A stretch of 64,000 nt of DNA from Nitrosopumilus sp. (GTDB taxonomy: Archaea > Thermoproteota > Nitrososphaeria > Nitrososphaerales > Nitrosopumilaceae): the NCBI GenBank assembly GCA_965218785.1, contig OZ244650.1, forward strand, positions 32,001 through 96,000, given 5' to 3'. Both the position numbers and the translations under genes were made by a program. Below are positions 31,001 through 40,831 of this stretch, piece after piece; position 1 is the first letter of the stretch, and each line of letters opens with the position of its first letter. A model generated the notes under the pieces. It was not told the origin of the DNA. It worked only from the letters and a program-made list of their open reading frames with translations, and searched no databases.

Positions 31001-32302
31001 TTGACTTCAAAAAAACCAACATCTGGATATAAATTAGTAACATTAAATCCAAAAATTCTAAAATTTATTATTCCAGAAGAATGGGATTTTGTAAAATTCA
31101 ACAAATTAACATTAAAAATTACTGATGGAACACATTTTACTCCCAAATATTTGAGTGAAGGTATTCCTTTTTTACGGGTAACAGATATTCATACAAAAAC
31201 AATTGAATGGAAATCTGTGAACAAAATCAGTAGTGTAGAACACATGGAATTGATTAAGAGGTGTAATCCTGAAAAAGGAGACATATTATTTTCAAAAAAT
31301 GGAACCATTGGAATTACTACAATTGTTGATTGGGATCAAGAATTTAGTATTTTTGTTAGTTTATGTTTAATTAAACCACTTAATGAAAAAATAGAAACAA
31401 AATATCTGTATTGGGTTTTACTTTCAAGAATTATTAAAATTCAAATAGAATTAAGATCAAAACAACTAAGTGTACAAAATTTACATTTAGAAGAGATTCG
31501 TGATTTTGATATACCGTTACCTCCGTTAAATGAACAACAAAAAATTGCATCAATTCTTTCTAATGTTGATGCAAGCATAGAAGCCACACAGCTGATAATC
31601 GAAAAAACAGAGAAATTGAAGAAAGGATTGATGCAGAAGTTGTTAACTCGAGGAATTGGGCATACAAGGTTTAAGAAAGTAAAATGGTATTTTGGAAAAA
31701 TGATTGAGATTCCTGAAGAATGGAATATTCTAAAATTTAAGAACATATCCAAAATAAATTCTGAAAAAATTAATGAAGAATATCCTCATCAAAATATAAT
31801 TTATGTAGATATTGGCTCCATTGATAAATTTCAAATTACAGATTATGATATATTTGCATTAGATGATAGACCTAGTCGAGCACAGCGGATTATTCAAAAA
31901 AATGATGTTATTGTGTCTACCGTTAGACCTTATTTGAAAGCCTTTTCAAAAATAAATGATAATAAACCAAATATGATCTGTTCTACAGGATTTGCGGTGA
32001 TTAGAACAAAAAATCGAGAAGACGGTGAATTAATTTTTCAATTTGTTCAAACAAAATTATTTGAAATATATATGATACGCCAGATGGAGGGCCTGGCATA
32101 TCCTGCTGTAACTAGTAACACCATTGCGAACTCTTCAATTTTATATCCGACAGAAAGGAATGAAAGAGAAAAAATTGCGTCAATCTTGTCTGGAATTGAC
32201 ACATATATTCAAAAAAACCAAGAATACAAGAAAAAACTAGAGAAATTGAAGAAAGGTCTAATGCAGAATCTTTTAACAGGAAAGATACGCGTGAAAACAT
32301 GA
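31001..32302 (+). CDS. hsdS: Type I R-M specificity subunit
   Basis: Two TRDs; IPEEW, PPLNEQQKIASIL, KKGLMQ.LLTGKIRV. Confidence 0.93.
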   Translation: MTSKKPTSGYKLVTLNPKILKFIIPEEWDFVKFNKLTLKITDGTHFTPKYLSEGIPFLRVTDIHTKTIEWKSVNKISSVEHMELIKRCNPEKGDILFSKNGTIGITTIVDWDQEFSIFVSLCLIKPLNEKIETKYLYWVLLSRIIKIQIELRSKQLSVQNLHLEEIRDFDIPLPPLNEQQKIASILSNVDASIEATQLIIEKTEKLKKGLMQKLLTRGIGHTRFKKVKWYFGKMIEIPEEWNILKFKNISKINSEKINEEYPHQNIIYVDIGSIDKFQITDYDIFALDDRPSRAQRIIQKNDVIVSTVRPYLKAFSKINDNKPNMICSTGFAVIRTKNREDGELIFQFVQTKLFEIYMIRQMEGLAYPAVTSNTIANSSILYPTERNEREKIASILSGIDTYIQKNQEYKKKLEKLKKGLMQNLLTGKIRVKT

Positions 32303-32399
32303 TTCTATAAAAAAATCATTCAAACCCATTAAGATATGATCAAACAGGGCAGTTTTTTTGAATTTAGAGAAAATCCATATTTTTGAGCCTTGACCGTAT

Positions 32400-32487
32400 C
32401 AAAATCATTCCTCTGGAATTTTTTCAAAACTATCATGTCACACACCAACTAGTTTGTAGGTCTTTTTTTTGGCTTTGAAATCTGCAT
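32400..32487 (-). pseudogene. hsdS 5' stub directly after hsdM
   Basis: MQISKPKK/TYKLVGV*HDSFEKIPEE* resembles the N-terminus of the 31001 HsdS. Confidence 0.5.
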
Positions 32488-32490
32488 TTT

Positions 32491-33981
32491 TTACACCTCA
32501 AAGCCTAGTTTTTTGAGATCTGCAGTTACTTCCTTTTCTAATTCTTGACGTTTATTTTTGAGTTGGGAAATTTCTTTTATAGTTTTTTGAATATCTACAA
32601 TTTTTTCAGGCTCTGAATTGTCAATGTAACGTCTTACATTAAGATTCCAATCATTATCTTTAATGTCCTGAAGCGTAATTACTTTGGATTTATCTGATTC
32701 GTCTTTTTTAGCATACTTTGATACAACATCTGGTAAATCATTTTCTTCAACAGGTTTACGTTTATCATCAAGTGACATTCCATCTGCTTGAACATCATAT
32801 AGCCAAACTTTGTCAGTACTTCCACCTTTAGTGAAAAATAATACAGCAGTAGATACTCCTGCATATGGTTTGAATACACCTGAGGGTAAATACACAATTG
32901 CATCTAGTTGACATTTCTCTAAGAGTAATTTTTTTGTATTTAAATGTACTTTAGAGGATCCAAACAAAACTCCCATTGGAACAATAATTGCTGCACGTCC
33001 TCCATTTTCTAAAATATTATAAAATAATTCAATGAACAGTAATTCTGTTTTCTTTGTATCTAATATAAATTCATTATTTAGAGAATCTTTATCAATTGAA
33101 CCTTTGAATGGTGGATTTGCCATTACAACTTGATATTTTGATGATTGCTCAAATTGTTTTGATAATGAATCTGTTCTTGTAATGTTTGGGTGTTCAATTC
33201 CATGTAGAATCATGTTAAATGTTCCAATTCTTAGCATAGTTCTATCTATATCATGACCATAGAATGTATCCTCACGTAATAGACTCCATCGGTCTCCAAG
33301 TTTTTCTCCTATTGGTCCTTGCTCTTTGAGAATTTTTACACTAGTATTTTGTTTAACGATATACTCGTATGAATTAATCAAAAACCCACCAGTACCACAC
33401 GCAGGATCACAAATCTTCTCACCAATCTTTGGGTTGATGATTTCAGTCATCATTTCAATAATATGTCTAGGTGTACGAAATTGACCATTCTTGCCTGATT
33501 GTTGCAGTTCACTAAGTAACTCTTCAAAAATATCTCCTTGAACATCTGGTCTGTGGTGAGAGATATCTAATTGGTCAATAATACTCACTGCTTCTTGAAG
33601 TAGTGATGCTTTTTCAATTTGAAATGAGGCATCACTCATAGTTTCACTAAATAATGTTTTTTCTCCATGATGAAGATCTTTGATAAATGGAAATACTCTA
33701 TCTTTTACATGTGCAATTATTTCTTCTCCATACATATTTTTCCATGAAGACCACTTACAATCCGTAAATGGTTTTTTATCCTTATCTAATCTATCAAAAA
33801 TTGATTCAAACTTTTCGTTTCCAGCTTCTGTTCTTTGGCGGTCTGCTGAATCTAAAACTTCAATTCTTCTCATAAATATTAGATAAGAAATCTGTTCTAC
33901 TACTCGTAAAGTATCAGTAATTCCTCCCTCCCAAAACTTTTGCCATAGTTGTCTTGCAAGTTTTTTTGCTTCGGGTTCCAT
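32491..33981 (-). CDS. hsdM: Type I R-M methyltransferase (N6-adenine)
   Basis: GQFRTPRHI, DPACGTGGFL, NPPF, LPSGVFKPYAGV. Confidence 0.94.
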   Translation of the reverse strand: MEPEAKKLARQLWQKFWEGGITDTLRVVEQISYLIFMRRIEVLDSADRQRTEAGNEKFESIFDRLDKDKKPFTDCKWSSWKNMYGEEIIAHVKDRVFPFIKDLHHGEKTLFSETMSDASFQIEKASLLQEAVSIIDQLDISHHRPDVQGDIFEELLSELQQSGKNGQFRTPRHIIEMMTEIINPKIGEKICDPACGTGGFLINSYEYIVKQNTSVKILKEQGPIGEKLGDRWSLLREDTFYGHDIDRTMLRIGTFNMILHGIEHPNITRTDSLSKQFEQSSKYQVVMANPPFKGSIDKDSLNNEFILDTKKTELLFIELFYNILENGGRAAIIVPMGVLFGSSKVHLNTKKLLLEKCQLDAIVYLPSGVFKPYAGVSTAVLFFTKGGSTDKVWLYDVQADGMSLDDKRKPVEENDLPDVVSKYAKKDESDKSKVITLQDIKDNDWNLNVRRYIDNSEPEKIVDIQKTIKEISQLKNKRQELEKEVTADLKKLGFEV

Positions 33982-35042
33982 TACTCATTTACCTTTCTTT
34001 TCAAGATTTTACAAAATTTTACCATCTCTAAAAGTTCTTCTTTTTCAAAAAAGTTTGTAGCTGATTTACCCATATTGCTAAATGGAAGATCAAAGAAATC
34101 AACATATTCAATATTTTTCTTTGAGAGAAATAATGCTTCTAAAATCCTAATAAAGTTGATTTGTTCGGGATTGAATTTTTTTGATAACAAAAATCCTGCA
34201 AATGCCTCTCCAATCATATCTTCTTTGTTTGATAGTTTTACTAGTCCCAAAATATGTCTGATAAACTCTACAATGTCTCTTTTTGGAGTATTGTATGCTT
34301 TACTTAGTGTCTCATCTGTAATTCCAAGTTCTGATGAATTCAAAGTATCTGCAAGTGATTCAATGTCTTCTTGAGTGATTTGTTCATCATTTTTAATTTT
34401 TAAAATAACTGGATTAGATTCTGCTAACTCTCGAATCTTCTTTTCAACTTTTTCAATATATATCTGAGAATCAACTGATTCTCTTTCTGGACCATACCTT
34501 ATAGTATCACGTTGTTGAATCACATCATCCATTCTAATCAAAATGGTCTGCACAGGCTCAGATTGCTGATAAATCATTATAGGGGACAATTCATCTCTAA
34601 TTTGACATATTTTCTCAATAGTAATATCATCCCAAAAAATTTTTTCAGTTAGCATTGTTTTAATTAACTGTCTTTTATCTACAATCTCTTCAATACTATC
34701 CGGAATTTTAGTCAGTGATGCACAAATCTCATCAATTAGTTTTTTTGGATTTTCTTGCTTCCACCACTCTGAAATATGATCAAATTCAAGTTTTGCAAGT
34801 AATAACTGCTCACACTTGTAAACAAATGATGCGGGCTTTAGTGAAACATCTGGTTTGTATTTCATTAATGGCATAATTCTTTTTTTTAAGAAAATCAATG
34901 GATCTAGTCCTCTTGTATTCCAAAAGTTTGGGTTCAAAGCAGTTTCAATATCTGCCATATGTGAGGACACTGATTCTGAATCTTTTGGCAGACTTTTCAC
35001 TTCATCAATAATTGATTGTTTAATTTTATCAAAATCATCCAT
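33981..35042 (-). CDS. hsdR: HsdR C-terminal part (EcoEI_R_C-like)
   Basis: Overlaps the N-terminal part by 8 nt; F..EQINFIRIL...PF C-terminal pattern. Confidence 0.7.
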   Translation of the reverse strand: MDDFDKIKQSIIDEVKSLPKDSESVSSHMADIETALNPNFWNTRGLDPLIFLKKRIMPLMKYKPDVSLKPASFVYKCEQLLLAKLEFDHISEWWKQENPKKLIDEICASLTKIPDSIEEIVDKRQLIKTMLTEKIFWDDITIEKICQIRDELSPIMIYQQSEPVQTILIRMDDVIQQRDTIRYGPERESVDSQIYIEKVEKKIRELAESNPVILKIKNDEQITQEDIESLADTLNSSELGITDETLSKAYNTPKRDIVEFIRHILGLVKLSNKEDMIGEAFAGFLLSKKFNPEQINFIRILEALFLSKKNIEYVDFFDLPFSNMGKSATNFFEKEELLEMVKFCKILKRKVNE

Positions 35043-36819
35043 TTCTTTGAACCATCCTTTTGTATTGATTTAGTTTAGTGAGCAGTATTCTTGTAGCAAT
35101 TGCATCAGTAGGTTTTGGAATATCTCCTTTTGGATGCATTTCAAAGAAATCAAAATTTCCCATATAATCAAATATCAAAAACATATCTTTACCAGTTATT
35201 GGTAACCAATCTTTATTTTCACATATAGAATTATGCCTAGTTCCTCTACCAATCATTTGCCAAAAGCGAATCTTTGATTTTGTTGGTCGTGCAAAAACTA
35301 GATTACAAACTTCAGGAATATCTACTCCGGTATCTAAAATCCCAACAGAGATTACTATGCGTGGTAGACTGTTTTTCTTAAACTGTTTAACTAGATCTTT
35401 TGCTTTACTATCTTCCGAACTGATTAGTTTTATCATCTCACCTTTGTATACTTTATACATTTTTTCAAATTCCTCTAAGATAATTTTACCATGTCTAATT
35501 GACGTTGGAAAAATTATTGTTTTACAAGGCAATCCTGCATCATCTGTTAAACAATTTTCCATAAATTCTTTAATCCATGCTTTATTTGTGCCTGTAACTG
35601 AGATTTTTCTTTCAATATCAGTTCCTTCAAAGTTTAATTCTTCTTCTTCAATTCCTTCTTCTGCCAGTAATCTTATTTTCTCTTCATCAGGTATATCATC
35701 TGGTCTAATACCCTCTATCTGAAAATGTGATTTGACTGGAAATGCTTTGAATGGAACAAGATATCTTGGAACTGCCTGTTCATAACTAAATAATGATGTT
35801 GGAACACCATTTTCACATTCAAATGCATCATATGTGTCTCTTGCAATCATATCTGCCGGAGTTGCAGTAAGACCTACTTGAATTGCATCAAAGTATTGAA
35901 ATAGATTTTTGAATTTATTAAAAATAGAACGATGTGCCTCATCTGAAATGATTAAATCAAAGAATCCAATCGAGAATTCTTTGAAAACATTTTCCATTGT
36001 TTGTAAAGTTGAAACATAAATTCTTGAATTAACATCTACTTTTTTAGAAAATACTTTTTGTTTTGCCTCATTTGGGAAAAATTTTACAATGTTATCATCA
36101 AATGCCTGTGTTCGTAACTCATCTCTATCTACTAAAAATAATATCCTTTTAGCTCTTCTTGCCTTTAACATCATATCAATTAATGCCATAGATACTCTAG
36201 TTTTTCCTGTTCCTGTAGCTTGTACTATGAGAAATTTTCTTTTTACTCCATTTTCAATTCCGTCTAATATGCGCTCTGTTGCTTCAATTTGATATGGTCT
36301 ATTAATAATCTCCTCACGAATTTTTATTTCAGAAAAGCTTTTTTTGTTTTGATTTTGATAAAGATTTTCTTCTAAATCTTCTCTTGAATGAAACCTCAAA
36401 ATTTTTCTTGGATTAGAATGCCCTTTATTCCAAAACCAAATATCTATTCCATTTGTTAAATAAATAAAAATATCTGAATTAATCTGATCTTTGATGTCTT
36501 TGGCATATCCTTCACCCTGTGTTTGTCCTGCTATTCGTGAATCTTTTGATGTGCGTTTTGCTTCAATTACTGCTATTGGATTACCATTGTTATCTAATAA
36601 AACATAATCTGCATAGGCTTTTTCTTCTTTTAAGCCGATAGTATCTTTTCTTGTTTTGTAATCTCTTGTCTTAAAATCTGAATTTTTAGTATCTACTTCT
36701 TGTTTTACAATTGATACATCATCAGTATCCCATCCTGCTTGCTTGAGACGTTTGTCAATTCTATTTTTTCTAGTCTCGGCTTCTGTTTCTTGACTCAACT
36801 CTATATCTGTATAGTCCAT
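35035..36819 (-). CDS. hsdR: HsdR N-terminal nuclease/helicase part (EcoAI/EcoKI-like), split gene
   Basis: ADYVL..IEAK, QATGTGKT, DEAHRS, LTATP, TGVDIP, QMIGRGTR. Confidence 0.88.
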   Translation of the reverse strand: MDYTDIELSQETEAETRKNRIDKRLKQAGWDTDDVSIVKQEVDTKNSDFKTRDYKTRKDTIGLKEEKAYADYVLLDNNGNPIAVIEAKRTSKDSRIAGQTQGEGYAKDIKDQINSDIFIYLTNGIDIWFWNKGHSNPRKILRFHSREDLEENLYQNQNKKSFSEIKIREEIINRPYQIEATERILDGIENGVKRKFLIVQATGTGKTRVSMALIDMMLKARRAKRILFLVDRDELRTQAFDDNIVKFFPNEAKQKVFSKKVDVNSRIYVSTLQTMENVFKEFSIGFFDLIISDEAHRSIFNKFKNLFQYFDAIQVGLTATPADMIARDTYDAFECENGVPTSLFSYEQAVPRYLVPFKAFPVKSHFQIEGIRPDDIPDEEKIRLLAEEGIEEEELNFEGTDIERKISVTGTNKAWIKEFMENCLTDDAGLPCKTIIFPTSIRHGKIILEEFEKMYKVYKGEMIKLISSEDSKAKDLVKQFKKNSLPRIVISVGILDTGVDIPEVCNLVFARPTKSKIRFWQMIGRGTRHNSICENKDWLPITGKDMFLIFDYMGNFDFFEMHPKGDIPKPTDAIATRILLTKLNQYKRMVQRNG

Positions 36820-37409
36820 CCTTTTAGAGATGTCGCTTTATCCCAAGTATGAGGCGGATGAATTCTTTTTTTCTTTCATGAAAAAGATCGTAATAACTTA
36901 TCTAATCAAACTTGATTTTGATAATATCTATAGGAGTGTTTTCAGGTTTTGCCTTGGATTTGGTTGGTAAAATTGATGATTGCTGATGTGTTCAAATCCA
37001 TTCATTCTTTGACTAGGCATAAATTTATGGGATTCTGCTAGTATCATCTGAAATTTTGTCTAATTGACTACTGATATCATTCATAGTTTGATTCAGTAAT
37101 TTTATCTCTTCTAGAACCAACTTTAGTGTATCATTAACGTCGTTTATATGAAGAATTTCATCTGTGCCCATATTTTACTACCCAGCAACATCAATAAAAA
37201 TAGTAACTATGGTCTGTTCTGTCTTGAGAGCACTGAATCTCTTGAATCAAACATCTGGTTGAAAATATCTTCCAGTATTGTATTCTTCTGCACACATATC
37301 GAAAAGACGCATGTATGATTTTTCATTATATTGTGAGTTTACAGGACATCATATTCCTATATGTTTTGATCTTGACTCTATATGTTCTGTAGGATCATCT
37401 GGGGATGTG

Positions 37410-37604
37410 ATGAAATATGGATCTTCTCTGGATTGAAAATCCATCTTTATCCGTACTGATTCCCAGAAGCATTTTGAATCAAAATATTCCCTTTGTTGAA
37501 ACTATTCTCCAAAATACCTACTCTTGCTGACACACGATAACTTCACAGCATCGATCAAAATTGAAGATAAAAAATTGATTATTACGAGTTCAAAATAAAA
37601 ATGA
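37410..37604 (-). repeat. outer inverted repeat, left copy (195 bp identical to 48099-48293)
   Basis: Base-by-base reverse-complement match; imperfect extension into the hsdS 3' ends. Confidence 0.95.
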
Positions 37605-37633
37605 GTCTAAATACAAATGATTTATAATCAAAC

Positions 37634-38899
37634 CTAAACCCTGATTTTGCCCGACATTAATTTTGGGAGAAGTGAATCACGAATTTTTATCAAATTTTGT
37701 ATTGAAATATTATTTGATAATAATTTTTCAAAAATAAGATTCATAGTGCCATTCATTTTTTCTAATATTTTTGAAGATGGAATGGTAATTAGAGCTTCTG
37801 ATAAATGATGTCTTTGGATGTGACCCATAGTGGTTACTTTTCCTTCTGCAATTCTACAAAATCTAGGTAAATGAAATCGTATCCATTCATAGTAAAACCA
37901 CTTCTCATATTTTTCAGAAATTACTTTGAAAATATGTTGATTTAAAGCACCTTTACCATAATGCCACATCATTAATTCTAATGTACCTGACCATGAAAAT
38001 AAAATATCACCATTTTCAACAACATATTTTTTCTCTAAATCAACTCTGGCTTTTTCAATATTTGAAGAAAATCCATTTTTCATTTCTCGTATTTTAATGA
38101 CAGGTAAATAATTATTTGTCGTTGGTCTGAATTTTTGCAACGGTAACCCATTAATGAAAATTACAATTTTATCCAGTGCTTTTAATTCCCACCCTTTTGG
38201 AATCTCCTTTCCCAGTTCTTCATTATACTCCATTTCCCCATCCGACGACTTGTACGGTTTTCCATTCTCATCTGGGAACTCATAGTCAACAAACCATGAT
38301 TTGAAGATTGTTTGGGATATTTGTTCTAAGATCTGATTCATATTTCGATTTAATTCAATTTTAGAGTCTAGGTCTGAAAGAATTTTTGAAATTGTGGCCT
38401 GTTCATTTTTCTCAGGTATCTGAACAATAATTTGATCAAATGTATTTCTTGTAATAGTATTGAATACAGAACCATGTGTATTTGATTGTAAATCTTTTAT
38501 TTTAAACTTCAATAAATAATACAAAAAATCATTCTGTATTGCATTTTTTCCGTCTAGCCCATAACAAGATTGATTAAATGCCATATCTTTAGTGACTTGT
38601 CCAATTTCACCAACTGTGCCTCTAGCAGAAATAACCAACTGTCCTTTATGTAATAATTTTGTTGAACTTTCTTGTAAGCCTTTTTCTGTAATCGTTTTTG
38701 TGGTTTTGTAGATCTTTTTAATATCTCCAACAAAATCATTTATAGAAATCCAAGGTATACTACCATTCCAATAATTTGGATTTGATGTTTTAGGAGTTCC
38801 TCCGCCAATAATGTGTGTAATTTGAGAAAGAGGTTGAACTTTCCAATTTTTAGGAATCATTCCAAATTCTGTTTGTTTGAAATTTGTTTTTTGTTTCAT
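37634..38899 (-). CDS. hsdS: Type I R-M specificity subunit (intact)
   Basis: IPKNW, GGGTP, EQ..I..ILSDLDSKIELN, IFKSWFVD, IPKGW, RDSLLPKLMSGKIRV. Confidence 0.94.
   Translation of the reverse strand: MKQKTNFKQTEFGMIPKNWKVQPLSQITHIIGGGTPKTSNPNYWNGSIPWISINDFVGDIKKIYKTTKTITEKGLQESSTKLLHKGQLVISARGTVGEIGQVTKDMAFNQSCYGLDGKNAIQNDFLYYLLKFKIKDLQSNTHGSVFNTITRNTFDQIIVQIPEKNEQATISKILSDLDSKIELNRNMNQILEQISQTIFKSWFVDYEFPDENGKPYKSSDGEMEYNEELGKEIPKGWELKALDKIVIFINGLPLQKFRPTTNNYLPVIKIREMKNGFSSNIEKARVDLEKKYVVENGDILFSWSGTLELMMWHYGKGALNQHIFKVISEKYEKWFYYEWIRFHLPRFCRIAEGKVTTMGHIQRHHLSEALITIPSSKILEKMNGTMNLIFEKLLSNNISIQNLIKIRDSLLPKLMSGKIRV
38193..38302 (-). repeat. central inverted repeat, left copy (110 bp identical to 47380-47489)
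   Basis: Exact reverse-complement match in the hsdS central conserved region. Confidence 0.95.
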
Positions 38900-39348
38900 T
38901 ATCTTTATTAATTTACTTCTATATCTTAAGGTTGTTGTAGAAAATAAAATTATTGTTTAATTACCTCAAAAGATAGATTTGCATTATAGATTTATAATCA
39001 TTGAATATGTATAGCGAGATGCACAAGTTTGTAAATTATTTTCAGGATATTCCAATTTTATTATTCATATTTACCTTGGATAAATCCATCAATCTCTAAT
39101 TTTTAGATGATTTTTGGTTTATGAATTTTGTCTTTTCGTTATATGTGGTTTTTCTTCAATTAGATACAACAAAAAATAAAATATGTATGTATTAATGAAT
39201 TATGTAACAATCTCACATAATAAAATATTAAATCAATCAATTTTAATTTTTTTTAAATTTATCCAAGTATTTTTTTAAATTTATAAATCAGATAAATAAT
39301 TTGTTTTGACATAGTATTTTTTATTTATAAATATTTTAATGAACACTA

Positions 39349-40674
39349 TTGAAGAAATTATTGAATACCACAAACTTTAAGAAAATATCTTTTAATGATT
39401 TCTGTAATCTGAATTCTATACGATATTGGCGTGAGCAATTGAACGATGCAAATATAAAAAACATAACAAATAAATCACAACTTGGTGGGACAAGAAATGT
39501 CTATACATATGGATTACTGGAGTTTCATAATTGGTTATTAGATAGAGAATTTCAATATGTTGCGGATATACAGATCAAAGAAAATATAATCCAGCAATGC
39601 AAAGTTGATGTACGTCTAGATGGTGTCGAACACTTACTAGATCTAAATAGAAAGAACATATCCAATAAAACAAGTTTTGCATGTCTAATAAAACAATATT
39701 TGGCAGAATTATCATCATACAGAAAACAATCAACAGTAAAAAACTCAATGTACTCAATAAGATCATTCTTCAGAGAAAACGAAGCAGACATTTCGTTTAG
39801 ATTTAAGCATAGGATCAAGAGAAATTATAAAAAATATGTAGAAAAATCATTATCTCTTGCAGATTTGCAAAAAATCCTTACAGTAAGAGATATTCAGTCA
39901 ATAGAAAGAGCCGTATTTCTGTGCAAGTTTCATAGAGGTCTAGATAACGCTACATTTGCTGATAGATTTAACTTTGAAGTGTGGGCATGTCTTCTAAAAC
40001 ACTTTGGTTCAGACATTCCAGAAAAATGGGATCTGAACAACATTCCAGTACCAATACGTCTTGTGAGAGTGAAGACGGGATTTACCCATACAGGATTTTT
40101 AGATCTGGATTCGATTGTAGCAATAATACAATATGTAAAGACTAGATACGACAAACCACAAATCAATAAGGCATTGTTTGTTGATACAAAAAATAGACCA
40201 ATTACAACAAACTGGATATCAAGAAGATTTCATAAATTAGTCATGAGAATTGATTTACAAGATAACATAAAACAACAATCGACTAAAGGGTATACCTCAC
40301 ATGAAATGAGAGATCTACTTAAATCTACTTTGATTGATTCTGGATGTAGAGTAGATGTAGCAGATCATGTTATAGGTCATGTTCCAAAAGATTCGTATGA
40401 GAAACAATCTTTATTATATCCTGAATCATTGATGAGAGAGTTTATGCGTGCATCACATCGTGTTAATATTATTACAAACAATTCTCAAAATAATCATGCT
40501 GTAAATTATTCTTTATTGCATGATGTAAATTGCCGATCAAAATATAACAATATTGTTGATATTGAAATTACACTTAAAAATATTCAAAAGGATATGATTG
40601 TACAGAGAGAGAAACTTTCACATATGGAAAGATTGTTTGATATTTCAACTAAATCAGAAGTACGTAATACATAA
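39349..40674 (+). CDS. tyrosine recombinase/integrase
   Basis: RVKTG, HEMR (HxxR), HVIGH, DSY. Box-I region reads HRGLD rather than G.R. Confidence 0.8.
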   Translation: MKKLLNTTNFKKISFNDFCNLNSIRYWREQLNDANIKNITNKSQLGGTRNVYTYGLLEFHNWLLDREFQYVADIQIKENIIQQCKVDVRLDGVEHLLDLNRKNISNKTSFACLIKQYLAELSSYRKQSTVKNSMYSIRSFFRENEADISFRFKHRIKRNYKKYVEKSLSLADLQKILTVRDIQSIERAVFLCKFHRGLDNATFADRFNFEVWACLLKHFGSDIPEKWDLNNIPVPIRLVRVKTGFTHTGFLDLDSIVAIIQYVKTRYDKPQINKALFVDTKNRPITTNWISRRFHKLVMRIDLQDNIKQQSTKGYTSHEMRDLLKSTLIDSGCRVDVADHVIGHVPKDSYEKQSLLYPESLMREFMRASHRVNIITNNSQNNHAVNYSLLHDVNCRSKYNNIVDIEITLKNIQKDMIVQREKLSHMERLFDISTKSEVRNT

Positions 40675-40831
40675 CATAGAGATTTATATTAATAAAGAAG
40701 AATTAATTTCAAGAAGAATATGATAAAAAAATTACAAAATTCAATATTCAACCAGATCTATTGCAAAGATTATAATGGATTATTTTTACATGGGATGAAT
40801 ATGAGCTAAAATTCTAACTGCAGGTGAATAA

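Noticed and set aside
31609-32256. 18-bp direct repeat AGAGAAATTGAAGAAAGG within hsdS
   Set aside because: Expected duplication of the HsdS central and C-terminal conserved regions.
36900-37560. Minus-strand gene downstream of the left hsdS
   Set aside because: The reading frame has several stops and no recognisable family. It is noted only as the sequence making up the outer inverted repeat.
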